A stretch of DNA of 64,000 bases from Acidobacteriota bacterium (GCA_965209055.1 OZ242374.1:2560001-2624000); one strand, 5' to 3'. Positions 28,914 through 38,761 are shown, counted from the stretch's first letter. Numbers and translations are program-made. The notes: generated by a model not told the origin, from the letters alone.

Positions 28914-30011
28914 TCAATCCTTTTCCACGACCCAGATGTTTCGATAACGCACCGGGTTGCCGTGGTCCTGCAAATAGATGGGGCCCGGTTCGCCTTCCTT
29001 GAATTTGAGCCCGTCCGATTCAGGTGGCAGCCGCGGCAGGACGACCCGGTCGTGGATCAGAACTCCGTTGTGCCGCACCGTCATCGTCGCCGGGGAGACC
29101 TTCTTTCCTGCTGAGTCGAATCTGGCCAGGGTGAATTCGATGTCATAGGTCTGCCAGGAAAGCGGCGGAAACGACATGTTGATCCGGGGCCCCACCATTT
29201 CGTGGATGCCCCCCGCCCTTCCGAATTTGGACAGCCGCTCGAACTTGCGGTTTTCGTGGTGCCAGCCGAAGGAATCGACGATCTGCACCTCCCATTCCCG
29301 CTTGACGTAGACGCCGCTGTTGCCCCGCTTCATGCCCCGCGCCGTCGGCATGAAGGGACAGCGGAACTCCAGGTGGATCCGGACGCTTCCGAACTTCCGT
29401 GTGGAAGTGGTCCCCACGTCCAGCAGGCCGTTTTCGACGAGGCGGCCGTCTTTCCACTCCTGGGCGCCGGTCCCGTCGAACAGCACGATGGCTCCGGCGG
29501 GCGGCTCGGCGCCCAGCGTCGGGGATTTGCGAAGCACCTTCTTCAGACGGAATTCAACACGGTCCGCCCGGCCGTGAAAGGTGTGGGCCTCACCGGTGAA
29601 GACGCCGTCCCGGACAAAGCCCCGGAAGTTGGAACTGGCGAACTTGAGCCGTTCGCCGTGAATGCCGTGGAAAACGGTCCGGCCGTCCTCTTGCGTCTTG
29701 CCCCCGATGTGGGAGACGGTGCTCTCGTCCCACCCGGCTCCCGGAAGGCCCCCGGCAAAGACCACCCCCTGGAACTCGCGGTTTCCCAGGGCGAACACCT
29801 GAACGCCGACGCGAAAGTCGGAGCCCACGTTGCCGGCGTATTCTCCCTGAACCTGGAAGTCAGGTCCCGCCTCGGCCGGATCCGTGAACGAGGGGAGTTC
29901 CGACGCCAAGCCAGTCGAGGAATGATTCCCGAAGGTTGTCCAGCCGAACGCGAAAACCAATGCAAGCAGGAGGTGGCGCCGTGCCCGCAAAACCCGCGTT
30001 CCGGACGTCAC
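28914..30011 (-). CDS. DUF1080 (3-keto-disaccharide hydrolase/hydratase) family exported protein
   Basis: GAIVLFDG, HLEF, RGNSGVY, EVQIVDS, WQTYDIEF, LQDHGNPVRYRNIW; GTGA overlap with the VOC gene stop. Confidence 0.85.
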   Translation of the reverse strand: MTSGTRVLRARRHLLLALVFAFGWTTFGNHSSTGLASELPSFTDPAEAGPDFQVQGEYAGNVGSDFRVGVQVFALGNREFQGVVFAGGLPGAGWDESTVSHIGGKTQEDGRTVFHGIHGERLKFASSNFRGFVRDGVFTGEAHTFHGRADRVEFRLKKVLRKSPTLGAEPPAGAIVLFDGTGAQEWKDGRLVENGLLDVGTTSTRKFGSVRIHLEFRCPFMPTARGMKRGNSGVYVKREWEVQIVDSFGWHHENRKFERLSKFGRAGGIHEMVGPRINMSFPPLSWQTYDIEFTLARFDSAGKKVSPATMTVRHNGVLIHDRVVLPRLPPESDGLKFKEGEPGPIYLQDHGNPVRYRNIWVVEKD

Positions 30012-30442
30012 CGCATGGACTCCTTGGCCCGCTCGGCCAACTCCTCCGGAGTCAGATCCTCCTGGTGAGTGGCGATGCACCAAATGTTGCCGTCCGGGTC
30101 CAGGACGATGGCGTTGCGGTCTCCGTAGAACATGTCCGCCGGCTCCTGCCTGGACTTCGCCCCGGCCGCCAACGCCTGGGCGTAGGTGGCGTCGGTGTCG
30201 GGCACGTAGAGGTAGAGCATGCAGGGAAGCGCGGGGAACTGGTCCTGCGCCCGGCCCATCATCACGTACGAATCGCCGATGAGCGCCTCCGCGTGCCCCG
30301 TCTTCCCGTCCTGACCGGGGACACTCTCCGTCTCAGTAGCGCCGAAAGCCGCCTTGAGGAAATCGAGAAACTCGTCGACATCGGCGACGACCATGTACGG
30401 CGTCACCGTGTGGAAGCCATCGGGGATCGGATTCACGGCCAT
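30008..30442 (-). CDS. VOC/glyoxalase (PhnB-like) protein
   Basis: IPDGFHTVTPY, HAEALIGDS, DMFYGDR, DPDGNIW; RBS AGGAGG. Confidence 0.9.
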   Translation of the reverse strand: MAVNPIPDGFHTVTPYMVVADVDEFLDFLKAAFGATETESVPGQDGKTGHAEALIGDSYVMMGRAQDQFPALPCMLYLYVPDTDATYAQALAAGAKSRQEPADMFYGDRNAIVLDPDGNIWCIATHQEDLTPEELAERAKESMR

Positions 30443-30608
30443 GGAAGCGTCCTCCTGTTCACGGCAATTGTCGTTGGGCGCTGACAGGGCATCGAGGTTA
30501 TCCAACCCTCGACCTCCCAGCAAGGCTGCGTCCGGCGCCAGCGTCAACTGCGACAATTCACCAACTGAGTCCCGACCTCGCCGCATTCGTCATATACTCG
30601 GCGACTCT

Positions 30609-33600
30609 GTGAGATGTCCACGTTTGATTCTGCTGCTCCTCATCTGCGCCTTCTGGACGGCTGAATCGGCTGAATCCCAAAGTCAGGTTGCGGTGTTGGA
30701 GGGGACCGTCCGGAAACTCGGCGGCGGTCCTCTGGCGGAGGTCGAGATCCAGGCCCGCAGGATCGAGACCAACGAGCTCTTCGTCCGCGGATCCGACACT
30801 GCCGGCGTCTACGGTTGGGATGGGCTCCCGGTGGGAGACTACGAAGTCCTGGTTTCCAGGGACGGCTTTGATTCCCAGCGCAGAGTGGGTGTCCGACTCC
30901 AGGTCGGGCAACGAGTTCGGCTCGACTTCCGCCTCCGCCGCACGCAGCCGGGAGAGGACTCCAAGGTATCGGAGGATCTCTCCCAACTCACCGTCGAGCG
31001 GGACGATGTGGGGCAGCTCATCGACCGCAAGCAACTGCGCAACATGCCCTCCAAGGAACGCAATTTCAGGGATCTGGTCTCGCTGGCTCCGGGGGCGGTC
31101 TCCCAGGGGACGCGTCGCATTCAGGTCCTGGGGATGAGCTGGCGGGACAACCTGACCTATTTCGACGGGACCCTGATCACCGGTGGTAACGGATCCAGCA
31201 GCCTGACTCCCTCGTCGGAAGCGATCCGGGAATTCGACGTCAAGACCGGCCTCTATTCGGCGCAATACGGCATTCGCTCCGGCGGCCAGGTGTTGCTGGT
31301 GACCCGGCACGGCGGCAACCGCTACCATGGCGGCCTCTTCTGGTTTCACCGCAACGACAATCTGGATGCGAGAAACTACTTCGAGCAGCGGAAGGCGGAA
31401 TTCAAACGGAACCAGATGGGGGGCACTCTGGGAGGTCCCTTGATCCTGCCCGGTCTGAACCGGGACCGGGACCGCGCCTGGTTCTTTCTCTCCTATTTGC
31501 ACTACACCATCCGGGAGACCCTTCCCTTGACGGCCGTGGTGCCCACGCCGGAAGAGCGTGAAGGGAGGTTCTCCGGCTCCATCCTGGATCCGTTGAACGG
31601 GAAACCGTTCCCCGGGAATCGGATACCGGCCCATCGAATCGACCCGGTGGCCCGCCAACTGCTCAGTTTCTATCCCCTTCCCAACACGGTGGGCCCCCTC
31701 AACTTCACGAGTCCCGACTCCAGGCGGCCGCACGACAATCGCCAACTCATCGCCCGCGTCGACCTGCGGACTTCCTCGTCCAGCAGTTGGGCATTCCGTT
31801 TCTCCGGTGATCGGCGGCCCTACTTCCGGGCCGGGGTTTTCAGCGTGTTCTCAACCCGGATGCCCCTCGAGACCTACAGCCAAGCCATCACCAGCACCCG
31901 GAGGCTCTCCGCAGGTTCGGTCAACTATTTCGGCCTGCACTGGTACCGGCGACCCTACACGGCTGCGGTGGCCCGGCCCAAGACCGGTGCCGTGCGGCGG
32001 TTGGGAATCCCTCAACTGCTGGAGACGGAGATCGACCGCGATGGCATTCCCCTGGTGTCGATCCAGGGATATACGGGCTTCGGGGACCTCCAGAGGATCG
32101 GACCCGTCAACATCGGCAACTGGCAGGTGAAGGACGATCTGACGCTTCAGCGCGGACACCACTCGATCCAGATGGGCGTGGAGTTTCGCCAGAATTACAA
32201 CTTATTCGGGCTGCAGGGACGGTCCCAAATAGATTTCTACGATCGCTACACCGGAAACGGGTTTGCCGACTTCCTGTTGGGCTACCCTTCCAGGACCCTG
32301 TTGGGTGGCGAGGAACGCCGGGGCAACTATCATCAGAACAGCATCTACAGCTACCTTCAGGACCGCTGGCGCATCACGCCCGATCTCTCTCTGACCCTGG
32401 GCCTCCGGCACGAGTGGAGATACCCGTGGCGGGACAAGCGGGGATTCATGGGCAACTTCGATCCCGTCTCAGGAGAACTGATTCCTCCTCTCCTGGACCT
32501 GGATCTGGCGCCGTGGGAAACGGGCCGTTTCCGCCCCAATTATCCGCTGGTCGAATGGCGGCCCTGGGAGGGCCTGCTGCCCAGGCTGGCAATGGCTCTC
32601 CGGCTGGGACGGTCCTCGGTGCTCCATCTGGGACTCGGGCTCTATTCCAATGAAACCGATCTCTCGATGATTCAGGGAATGGGGAAGAATCCCCGGCCCG
32701 GATCCCGGCTTCTGATCTTCAACGGCCCGCTGGAGAGTCCCGGGTTGTCCCTCTCCGATCCTTTTCCCGCCGAGTTGGCCAGTTCAGCCGTTCCCCTCCT
32801 GACGGGGCACGAGACACCCACGGCGTTGCCCCGGACCCGCGCCTGGGGACTTTCGCTGCAACATCGATGGACCCCCGAGCTGATACTGGACGTGGGATAC
32901 CAGAACTCGCGAACCGGCGGACGGTTGGAAACGGTCTCCTTCAACGACGCGGCGCCCGGCAGCGGTGACCGGCAGTCCAGGCGCCCCTTTCCCGAGCTGC
33001 AGACGGTCCTGTTCACGGGAGCCTTCGCCGATGCCTGGTATCACAGCTCATTTCTCCAGTTGGAAAAGAGGCCGGGCACGGACGGGCTCAGATTGCAGGG
33101 GGCATTTTCCTGGTCGAGCCTGATGGACACGGGGGGAGGGGACCAGGGGAACCAGAGCAACCTCCTGCTGCGGTCCATCAACCTGTCGCCGGAACTGAAT
33201 CGAGGGGTGGCGAACTCCCAGATTAAGAAGCGTCTCCTCTTATCCGGCAGTTACGACCTCCCCTTCGGTCCCAGGAGGCAATTCGTGCGGACCGGATGGG
33301 CGGGACGAATCCTGGGCGGCTGGTCGCTCCATGGCATCTCCACCTTCCAGGACGGGCCCTGGTTCACCGTCTATCTGCCCGGCGATCCGCTCGACACCGG
33401 GTCGCAATACTCCCAGTGGCCTGATCGCATCCGCGAAGCCAATCTGCCGTCGTCGCAGAGGCACCCCCAGCGCTGGTTCGACACCTCCGCCTTCGTCCGG
33501 CCGAAAGGATTTCGCTACGGGAACGGGGGGCGCAACACCATCGAGGGTCCCGGGGTCATCAATCTCGACGTATCCCTTCGCCGTGTCTTGCAGGTTCGCG

Positions 33601-33770
33601 ACGAAGAGACACTCGAGGTGAGGCTGGAGGCGTTCAACAGCCTCAACCGCGCCAACTTCAACCCCCGGGCACGGGATGGGATCACCCAGTTCGGAACCCC
33701 CGAATTCGGAGTCGTCGGCCGCGCCCTTGCAGGACGCCAGCTTCAATTGGCGCTCAAGTACTCCTTCTAA
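30609..33770 (+). CDS. TonB-dependent receptor (acidobacterial carboxypeptidase-regulatory/Oar type)
   Basis: N-terminal CarboxypepD_reg-like domain; YSAQYG.RSGGQ, RNDNLDARNYF, YLQDRW; C-terminal RQLQLALKYSF. Confidence 0.9.
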   Translation: MRCPRLILLLLICAFWTAESAESQSQVAVLEGTVRKLGGGPLAEVEIQARRIETNELFVRGSDTAGVYGWDGLPVGDYEVLVSRDGFDSQRRVGVRLQVGQRVRLDFRLRRTQPGEDSKVSEDLSQLTVERDDVGQLIDRKQLRNMPSKERNFRDLVSLAPGAVSQGTRRIQVLGMSWRDNLTYFDGTLITGGNGSSSLTPSSEAIREFDVKTGLYSAQYGIRSGGQVLLVTRHGGNRYHGGLFWFHRNDNLDARNYFEQRKAEFKRNQMGGTLGGPLILPGLNRDRDRAWFFLSYLHYTIRETLPLTAVVPTPEEREGRFSGSILDPLNGKPFPGNRIPAHRIDPVARQLLSFYPLPNTVGPLNFTSPDSRRPHDNRQLIARVDLRTSSSSSWAFRFSGDRRPYFRAGVFSVFSTRMPLETYSQAITSTRRLSAGSVNYFGLHWYRRPYTAAVARPKTGAVRRLGIPQLLETEIDRDGIPLVSIQGYTGFGDLQRIGPVNIGNWQVKDDLTLQRGHHSIQMGVEFRQNYNLFGLQGRSQIDFYDRYTGNGFADFLLGYPSRTLLGGEERRGNYHQNSIYSYLQDRWRITPDLSLTLGLRHEWRYPWRDKRGFMGNFDPVSGELIPPLLDLDLAPWETGRFRPNYPLVEWRPWEGLLPRLAMALRLGRSSVLHLGLGLYSNETDLSMIQGMGKNPRPGSRLLIFNGPLESPGLSLSDPFPAELASSAVPLLTGHETPTALPRTRAWGLSLQHRWTPELILDVGYQNSRTGGRLETVSFNDAAPGSGDRQSRRPFPELQTVLFTGAFADAWYHSSFLQLEKRPGTDGLRLQGAFSWSSLMDTGGGDQGNQSNLLLRSINLSPELNRGVANSQIKKRLLLSGSYDLPFGPRRQFVRTGWAGRILGGWSLHGISTFQDGPWFTVYLPGDPLDTGSQYSQWPDRIREANLPSSQRHPQRWFDTSAFVRPKGFRYGNGGRNTIEGPGVINLDVSLRRVLQVRDEETLEVRLEAFNSLNRANFNPRARDGITQFGTPEFGVVGRALAGRQLQLALKYSF

Positions 33771-33828
33771 GAAAAACGAGGGACGATTTCCAATCGCCCA
33801 GTCTTCGTTGCCAAGTTTGTCATTCAGG

Positions 33829-33910
33829 AGTTCGGCGATTGGAAATCGCCGCTCCAGTTCGGCGATTGGAAATCGCCGCTCCAGTTCGGCGGTTAGGAAA
33901 CCGCCGCTCC
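33829..33910 (-). repeat. Three tandem REP-like palindromic units
   Basis: AGTTCGGCGATTGGAAATCGCCGCTCC twice plus AGTTCGGCGGTTAGGAAACCGCCGCTCC. Confidence 0.9.
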
Positions 33911-33954
33911 TTTCCTTTTTCTACCGGGCGTCCGCCGGACCGGGCCGGCGGGAG

Positions 33955-33981
33955 GAGGGCGGCCACAAGGGTCTCCTCTAC
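33955..33981 (-). repeat. GTAG-type REP-like element
   Basis: Minus strand reads GTAGAGGAGACCCTTGTGGCCGCCCTC. Confidence 0.55.
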
Positions 33982-34028
33982 GGACGAAAACCAGCTATGT
34001 GTCGGCAGGTGAGAATCGGACTTCCACC

Positions 34029-34307
34029 CTAAACCAATTGGATATTCACGCGTCGTCCCACGACCTCCGCCGCCCGCTGGAGGCTGGAGAGCGTAATGTC
34101 GTCGTTTGGATCGAGCAAACGGTCCACTTGAGAACGGCTGGTCTTCAGCAGCATGGCCATCTTGCTTTTGGAGAGATTCCTGCTCTTCATGGCGGCGGCT
34201 AGTTGCCACGCGACAACCTCTTTTATCGCTTGTGTTTGAGCTTCATCGAAGGTGCCTTCTGCTTTGAGAAATTCATCAAGGGTCGATCCCATGTGTTTCT
34301 CGCTCAT
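34029..34307 (-). CDS. XRE/HigA-like antitoxin
   Basis: HMGSTLDEFL...KEVVAWQL...SKSKMA..LKTSRSQVDRLLDP. Confidence 0.9.
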   Translation of the reverse strand: MSEKHMGSTLDEFLKAEGTFDEAQTQAIKEVVAWQLAAAMKSRNLSKSKMAMLLKTSRSQVDRLLDPNDDITLSSLQRAAEVVGRRVNIQLV

Positions 34308-34663
34308 CGTTCCAACTCCTTCTTGCGGTTGTGCGCTTTGGCAAGATCGGATTTCGGGGTAGCTCGAGTCTTCTTGATGAACCCGTGCAACGCCACGAGA
34401 TGTTCGCGGAAAAAACAGAGCAGCACTCGCGCCGTCCGGTTCGTCGGCAGGTCTGTCCGTACTTCCCAAAGACCTTCGCCCAACGGTCGAACTAGGGGCA
34501 TACCCACCGGCCAACGCCATTGCGCCCGCATCAAATCGATCCCTATCGCTCGTCGCTCTTTTTTATCCAACCCTTTCAGCCATTCCCTGACGGGTTCCCG
34601 ACCCGCACCGGTGCGGTAGAACACCAACGGGGTTTTCTGCGGTGCTTCTACCATGTCGTCCAT
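34304..34663 (-). CDS. RelE/HigB (Gp49-like) toxin
   Basis: FYRTGAGREPVREWL, WPVGMP, GLWEVR, LHGFIKKT; ATGA overlap with the antitoxin. Confidence 0.9.
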   Translation of the reverse strand: MDDMVEAPQKTPLVFYRTGAGREPVREWLKGLDKKERRAIGIDLMRAQWRWPVGMPLVRPLGEGLWEVRTDLPTNRTARVLLCFFREHLVALHGFIKKTRATPKSDLAKAHNRKKELER

Positions 34664-34683
34664 TCAGTGGCATTTCGCCGCGA

Positions 34684-34703
34684 ATTGTACCATAAAAAGT
34701 GCA
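34684..34703 (-). promoter_or_regulatory. higBA extended -10 promoter with operator
   Basis: Minus-strand TGG-TACAAT; imperfect inverted repeat TGTAC-N8-GTGCA. Confidence 0.6.
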
Positions 34704-35032
34704 TCTTCCACGGTCCGGCCGGAGTGGATTCCCACTGCGTCAAATTCGTGCAAACTGAGACTCCGGCAACAAATCGCACTAGCACGCGACCGGCACGGTA
34801 CAACAGGCCCAAAACGAAGGAAGGGAGTATCGAAGCGGTCGCCCCGAATGCCCAACTGCGCTTCCGGTTTCCGGAGGATTGCGCTATGCTCTCTTTTCGC
34901 CTGAACGGCCCCCTTTCGAGTCGTTTTCGAGGACTTTTCGAGCGCTCCCGGGAACGCCTGCCAAGGCTGGGATTTTGGGGAATGCAGGCGCCGTGATCCC
35001 GCTTCATAGGCTGCTTCGGAGACCAGCAGAAC

Positions 35033-35452
35033 GTGGCCGTCATCGAGATCAACAGGCACCCTTCGAGCCGTGAGCTGCGCCAATTTTCTACCATCGGATG
35101 GCCCATTTTCTGCGGTCTCCTGGGAGCCTGGAGGGTCTATGGTTCCGATGATTGGACCCTGGCTGGAGCCGTCTGGTCGCTGGGTGTGACCGGCGCCATC
35201 GTCGGATGGCTGAGGCCGGCCTGGGTGCGGCCCGTGTACGTGGGTTGGCTGTATGCCGTATTTCCCATCGGTTGGACCATCTCGCATCTGATCCTGGCCG
35301 TCATCTATTACCTGATCCTCACTCCCATCGGACTCGTGGTACGCTGGTTCCGGCCCGACCCGCTGGGGTTGAACCTGGACCGGAAGCGGGACACCTATTG
35401 GGTTCCCCATGATCCCGGCCACGATCCGAAGCGTTACTTTCGACAATTCTGA
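35033..35452 (+). CDS. SxtJ family membrane protein
   Basis: PSSRELRQF, W...PIGW.IS.LIL..IYY.ILTPIG, DPL, TYW, YFRQF. Confidence 0.85.
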   Translation: MAVIEINRHPSSRELRQFSTIGWPIFCGLLGAWRVYGSDDWTLAGAVWSLGVTGAIVGWLRPAWVRPVYVGWLYAVFPIGWTISHLILAVIYYLILTPIGLVVRWFRPDPLGLNLDRKRDTYWVPHDPGHDPKRYFRQF

Positions 35453-35473
35453 GGGAGGTTCCGGAAGCGTTCC

Positions 35474-35680
35474 ATGACCGACGAAGGCTCGTCCGAGGTT
35501 TCGCGATTCCGCCGGGACGCCGAACGGCCCCAGACCGGAATCGTCCGGGAATTCTGGGACTTCCTGCGCCACAACAAGAAGTGGTGGCTGACCCCAATCA
35601 TCGTCGTGCTGTTGCTGTTGGGGGTTCTGATCGTGCTGTCGGGTTCGGCGGCGGCGCCATTCATCTACACTCTTTTCTAA
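35474..35680 (+). CDS. DUF5989/SxtK-like small membrane protein
   Basis: [18 protein letters not shown]...[11 protein letters not shown]. Confidence 0.9.
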   Translation: MTDEGSSEVSRFRRDAERPQTGIVREFWDFLRHNKKWWLTPIIVVLLLLGVLIVLSGSAAAPFIYTLF

Positions 35681-35693
35681 CGGGGCCGAGACC

Positions 35694-36737
35694 ATGAACA
35701 ACTATCCGAAGCTTCACAATGCCGGCTGGCCGGGAGTCGTGGGGAAGGGACCGGATGCCGAGGAGCCCTTCATCGATCTGGACACCATGCTGGACTGGAC
35801 GGCGGCAGCCGAGGTGGACGGCGTCCGGTTCGACGGGGTCGACCTCTTCCTGAGCGCTCCCCACGTGGACATCGACTCCACCGACGACGATCTGAAGAGA
35901 CTGGCCGAGAAGGTCCAGGCGCTGGGTCTGGTCATCGGAAGCGTGGTGGCCCCCGTGTGGCCTCCCACCGGCGGCGGATCGGCCATGGGAGACGAGGCCG
36001 AACGGGGACGGTTCCTGAGCATGGTCGAAAAGGCCTGCGCCATTGCCCGGCGGCTCCGGGAGTTGGAAGTGCGTCCCTACGGCGTGGTCCGCATCGATTC
36101 CTCGGTGGACCCCGGGACCTGGGCGGCCGACCCGGAGGCCAACACCAGGCGTATCGCCGACACCTTTCGGGAAGCGTGCTCCCGGGCCGGGGACCAGGGC
36201 GAGCTCCTGGCGGCCGAGGGAGAGGTCTGCTGGGGCGGCATGCACAGTTGGAAGGAGATGCTGAAGCTGCTGGAACTGGTCGACCGGCCGGAAATTCTGG
36301 GTTTTCAGGCGGACATGGCTCACACCTTGCTCTATCTGCTGGGCGTCAACGCGGCAAGCGACGCGATCCTGCCGGCGGACTTCGATTGGCAGGACCAGGA
36401 GACGTTCGGGCAGGCGTACCGGACCCTGACCGACAGCCTCAGGCCCTGGACCATCGATTTCCACGTGGCCCAGAACGACGCTACGGTCAAGGGTTCCGGC
36501 TCCCACGACAAGACGGGCCGCCACTGTCTGCCCGCCGATCCCGGTGGCAAGCTGGACATCGTCCGGGCGGCCGGACACTGGCTTCGGGACTCCGATGGGG
36601 AAGTCACACGAGCTTGCCGGCACATCTGTTGGGACGGCTGCATGTTCCCCAACCGGATCATGTCGGACCCTGGAACCTGGAACCAGATTCTCTCCAGCAT
36701 GATCCAGGTTCGCGATGCCCACGGTTGGGAGGAGTGA
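35694..36737 (+). CDS. Xylose-isomerase-like TIM-barrel protein
   Basis: [42 protein letters not shown]. Confidence 0.75.
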   Translation: MNNYPKLHNAGWPGVVGKGPDAEEPFIDLDTMLDWTAAAEVDGVRFDGVDLFLSAPHVDIDSTDDDLKRLAEKVQALGLVIGSVVAPVWPPTGGGSAMGDEAERGRFLSMVEKACAIARRLRELEVRPYGVVRIDSSVDPGTWAADPEANTRRIADTFREACSRAGDQGELLAAEGEVCWGGMHSWKEMLKLLELVDRPEILGFQADMAHTLLYLLGVNAASDAILPADFDWQDQETFGQAYRTLTDSLRPWTIDFHVAQNDATVKGSGSHDKTGRHCLPADPGGKLDIVRAAGHWLRDSDGEVTRACRHICWDGCMFPNRIMSDPGTWNQILSSMIQVRDAHGWEE

Positions 36738-36755
36738 GCCGGCATCGGGACTGAA

Positions 36756-37772
36756 ATGGCTCGAAACGAGTCCCTTCTGCCCTCCGCCGTAGAGGCCATC
36801 GGCCGGACTCCGCTGGTCGAGCTCTCCCGGATCGCCAGCGGCGTGCAGGGCCGGATCCTGGCGAAGCTGGACCACCTCAATCCGGGTTTTTCCAAGAAGG
36901 ACCGGATCGCGCGGCAGATCATCGAAGATGCCGAAGCGGGCGGCGAGATCCGCCCGGGACAGACGGTGATCGAGCTCACCAGCGGGAACACCGGCACCGG
37001 CCTGGCCATCGTCTGCGGCCTCAAGGGCTATCCCTTCGTGGCGGTCATGTCCAAGGGAAACTCGGGAGAGCGGGCGCGCATGATGAGGTCGCTGGGGGCG
37101 GAAGTGGTCCTGGTGGACCAGCTTCCCGATTCGGTTCCGGGACAGGTGTCGGGGGGAGATCTGGAACTGGTGGAGCAGGCGACGCGGGAACTCGTGCGGG
37201 AGCGCCGCGCGTTTCGCGCCGATCAGTTCCTGCACCGGGGCAATTTCCGGGCCCACTACCTGCATACCGGTCCCGAGTTTCTGGAGCAGTCGGACCATTC
37301 GATCCAGGCCTTCTGCGACTTCGTGGGGAGCGGAGGCACTTTTGCCGGCTGTGCGGCGGCGTTCAAGGAGTACGATCCCGGGATCCGGTGCTACGTGGTG
37401 GAGCCGCATGGGGCCGCGGTCCTCGCCGGGGAGGAGGCCGCCCATCCCGGCCACAGGATTCAGGGAGGCGGCTACTCCATGGCCGACCTGGCCTGCATCG
37501 ATGGCGCCCACGTGGACGGTTATCTGCAGGTCACGGACGACGAGGCGGTCGGGATGGCTCGCCGCCTGGCCCGGGAGGAAGGCATCTTCGCGGGTTTCTC
37601 CAGCGGCGCCAACCTGGCCGGCGCGCTGCAGCTCCTGAACGGGCCTTGCGCCGGGAGGACGGTGGCCATCATGATCTGTGATTCGGGATTGAAATACCTG
37701 AGCACGGATCTTTGGGAAAGGAGCGGCGGTTTCCAACCGCCGAACTCCTCGGAAAGGAGCGGCGGTTTCTAA
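36756..37772 (+). CDS. Cysteine synthase-family PLP enzyme
   Basis: IGRTPLV, NPGFSKKDR, TSGNTG, GSGGT, EGIFAGFSSGAN, DSGLKYLS. Confidence 0.9.
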   Translation: MARNESLLPSAVEAIGRTPLVELSRIASGVQGRILAKLDHLNPGFSKKDRIARQIIEDAEAGGEIRPGQTVIELTSGNTGTGLAIVCGLKGYPFVAVMSKGNSGERARMMRSLGAEVVLVDQLPDSVPGQVSGGDLELVEQATRELVRERRAFRADQFLHRGNFRAHYLHTGPEFLEQSDHSIQAFCDFVGSGGTFAGCAAAFKEYDPGIRCYVVEPHGAAVLAGEEAAHPGHRIQGGGYSMADLACIDGAHVDGYLQVTDDEAVGMARRLAREEGIFAGFSSGANLAGALQLLNGPCAGRTVAIMICDSGLKYLSTDLWERSGGFQPPNSSERSGGF

Positions 37773-37784
37773 CCGCCGAACTCC
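37715..37784 (+). repeat. Two tandem REP-like units (same family as 33829-33910), overlapping the cysteine synthase 3' end
   Basis: GGAAAGGAGCGGCGGTTTC(C/T)AACCGCCGAACTCC twice, 36-bp period. Confidence 0.9.
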
Positions 37785-37894
37785 GATGGATCCAGAGAGA
37801 GACGCGGCAGGGTGGACAAGATGGTCCCTCTTCCCGACGGTGACGAGCCTGGCTGGGAGTCGTCATGAGTCCTGTTTCGCAGAATTGAGGTGTA

Positions 37895-38734
37895 GTGATG
37901 AGAGCGACCAGACGCGGACTTTTTAAGCTGGGGATGATGGCTTCTGCGGGGATCCTTGCAGGCCGGACCAAGGTGGCGCATGCGAAGAAGCGGGCCTTGA
38001 AGTTAGGTGTGGCCAGCTACTCGCTGCGGAACATCCCCCGTCCCGGGGCCATCGAAATGGTGCGGGCGTTGGGGACGCCTTACGTCAACATCAAGTCGTT
38101 TCACATTCCGTATGAGACCTCGAAGGCGGAGCGGGCGCGGGCGCGGGCCCAATTCGAAAAGTCCGGCCTGCAGATCGTCGGTGGAGGGGTGGTCGCCTTC
38201 AAGGAAGACACGGACGACGCCGTAGAGTTTTTCTTCAAGTACGCCAAACAGTGCGGCATGCCTCTGATGGCGATCGCCCCCACGGCTCAGGTCATGCCGC
38301 GGGTGGAGAAATTCGTCAAGCGTTACGGCATCGCCGTGGCCATCCACAATCACGGCCCCGAGGACAAGCATTTCCCGGCGCCCTCGGACGGGCTCAAGGT
38401 GATCAAGGGAATGGACCCCCGGGTGGGATTGTGCGTTGACGTGGGCCACACGGCCCGCACCGGTGTCGACGTGGTGGATGCGGTCCGCGAAGCGGGCAGC
38501 CGAATTCTGGACGTGCACATGAAGGACCTGCGGGATCTCACGGACCACAGGAGCCAGTGCGCCATCGGTGAGGGCAAGATGCCGGTGGCCGACATCTTCC
38601 GGGAACTGATCCGAATGGGCTATGCGGGCCACGTCAACCTGGAATACGAGATCGAACCGGACAATCCCCTGCCGGGCATGAAGCAGTCCTTTGCGTATAT
38701 GCGGGGAGTCCTGGACGGTCTGGCCGGGTCGTGA
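37895..38734 (+). CDS. Tat-exported sugar phosphate isomerase/epimerase (AP_endonuc_2)
   Basis: TRRGLF; IHNHGPED, DVGH, HMKD, LEYE. Confidence 0.85.
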   Translation: MMRATRRGLFKLGMMASAGILAGRTKVAHAKKRALKLGVASYSLRNIPRPGAIEMVRALGTPYVNIKSFHIPYETSKAERARARAQFEKSGLQIVGGGVVAFKEDTDDAVEFFFKYAKQCGMPLMAIAPTAQVMPRVEKFVKRYGIAVAIHNHGPEDKHFPAPSDGLKVIKGMDPRVGLCVDVGHTARTGVDVVDAVREAGSRILDVHMKDLRDLTDHRSQCAIGEGKMPVADIFRELIRMGYAGHVNLEYEIEPDNPLPGMKQSFAYMRGVLDGLAGS

Positions 38735-38761
38735 CGGGCTCTTGAACCGGATCTCGGAAGT

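Noticed and set aside
33829-33910. Possible CRISPR array
   Set aside because: Units are head-to-tail with no unique spacers and no cas genes nearby; fits REP-like repeats
25029-35680. Saxitoxin biosynthesis cluster
   Set aside because: Only the widespread sxtI/J/K-like triad is present; no sxtA PKS, amidinotransferase or other core genes
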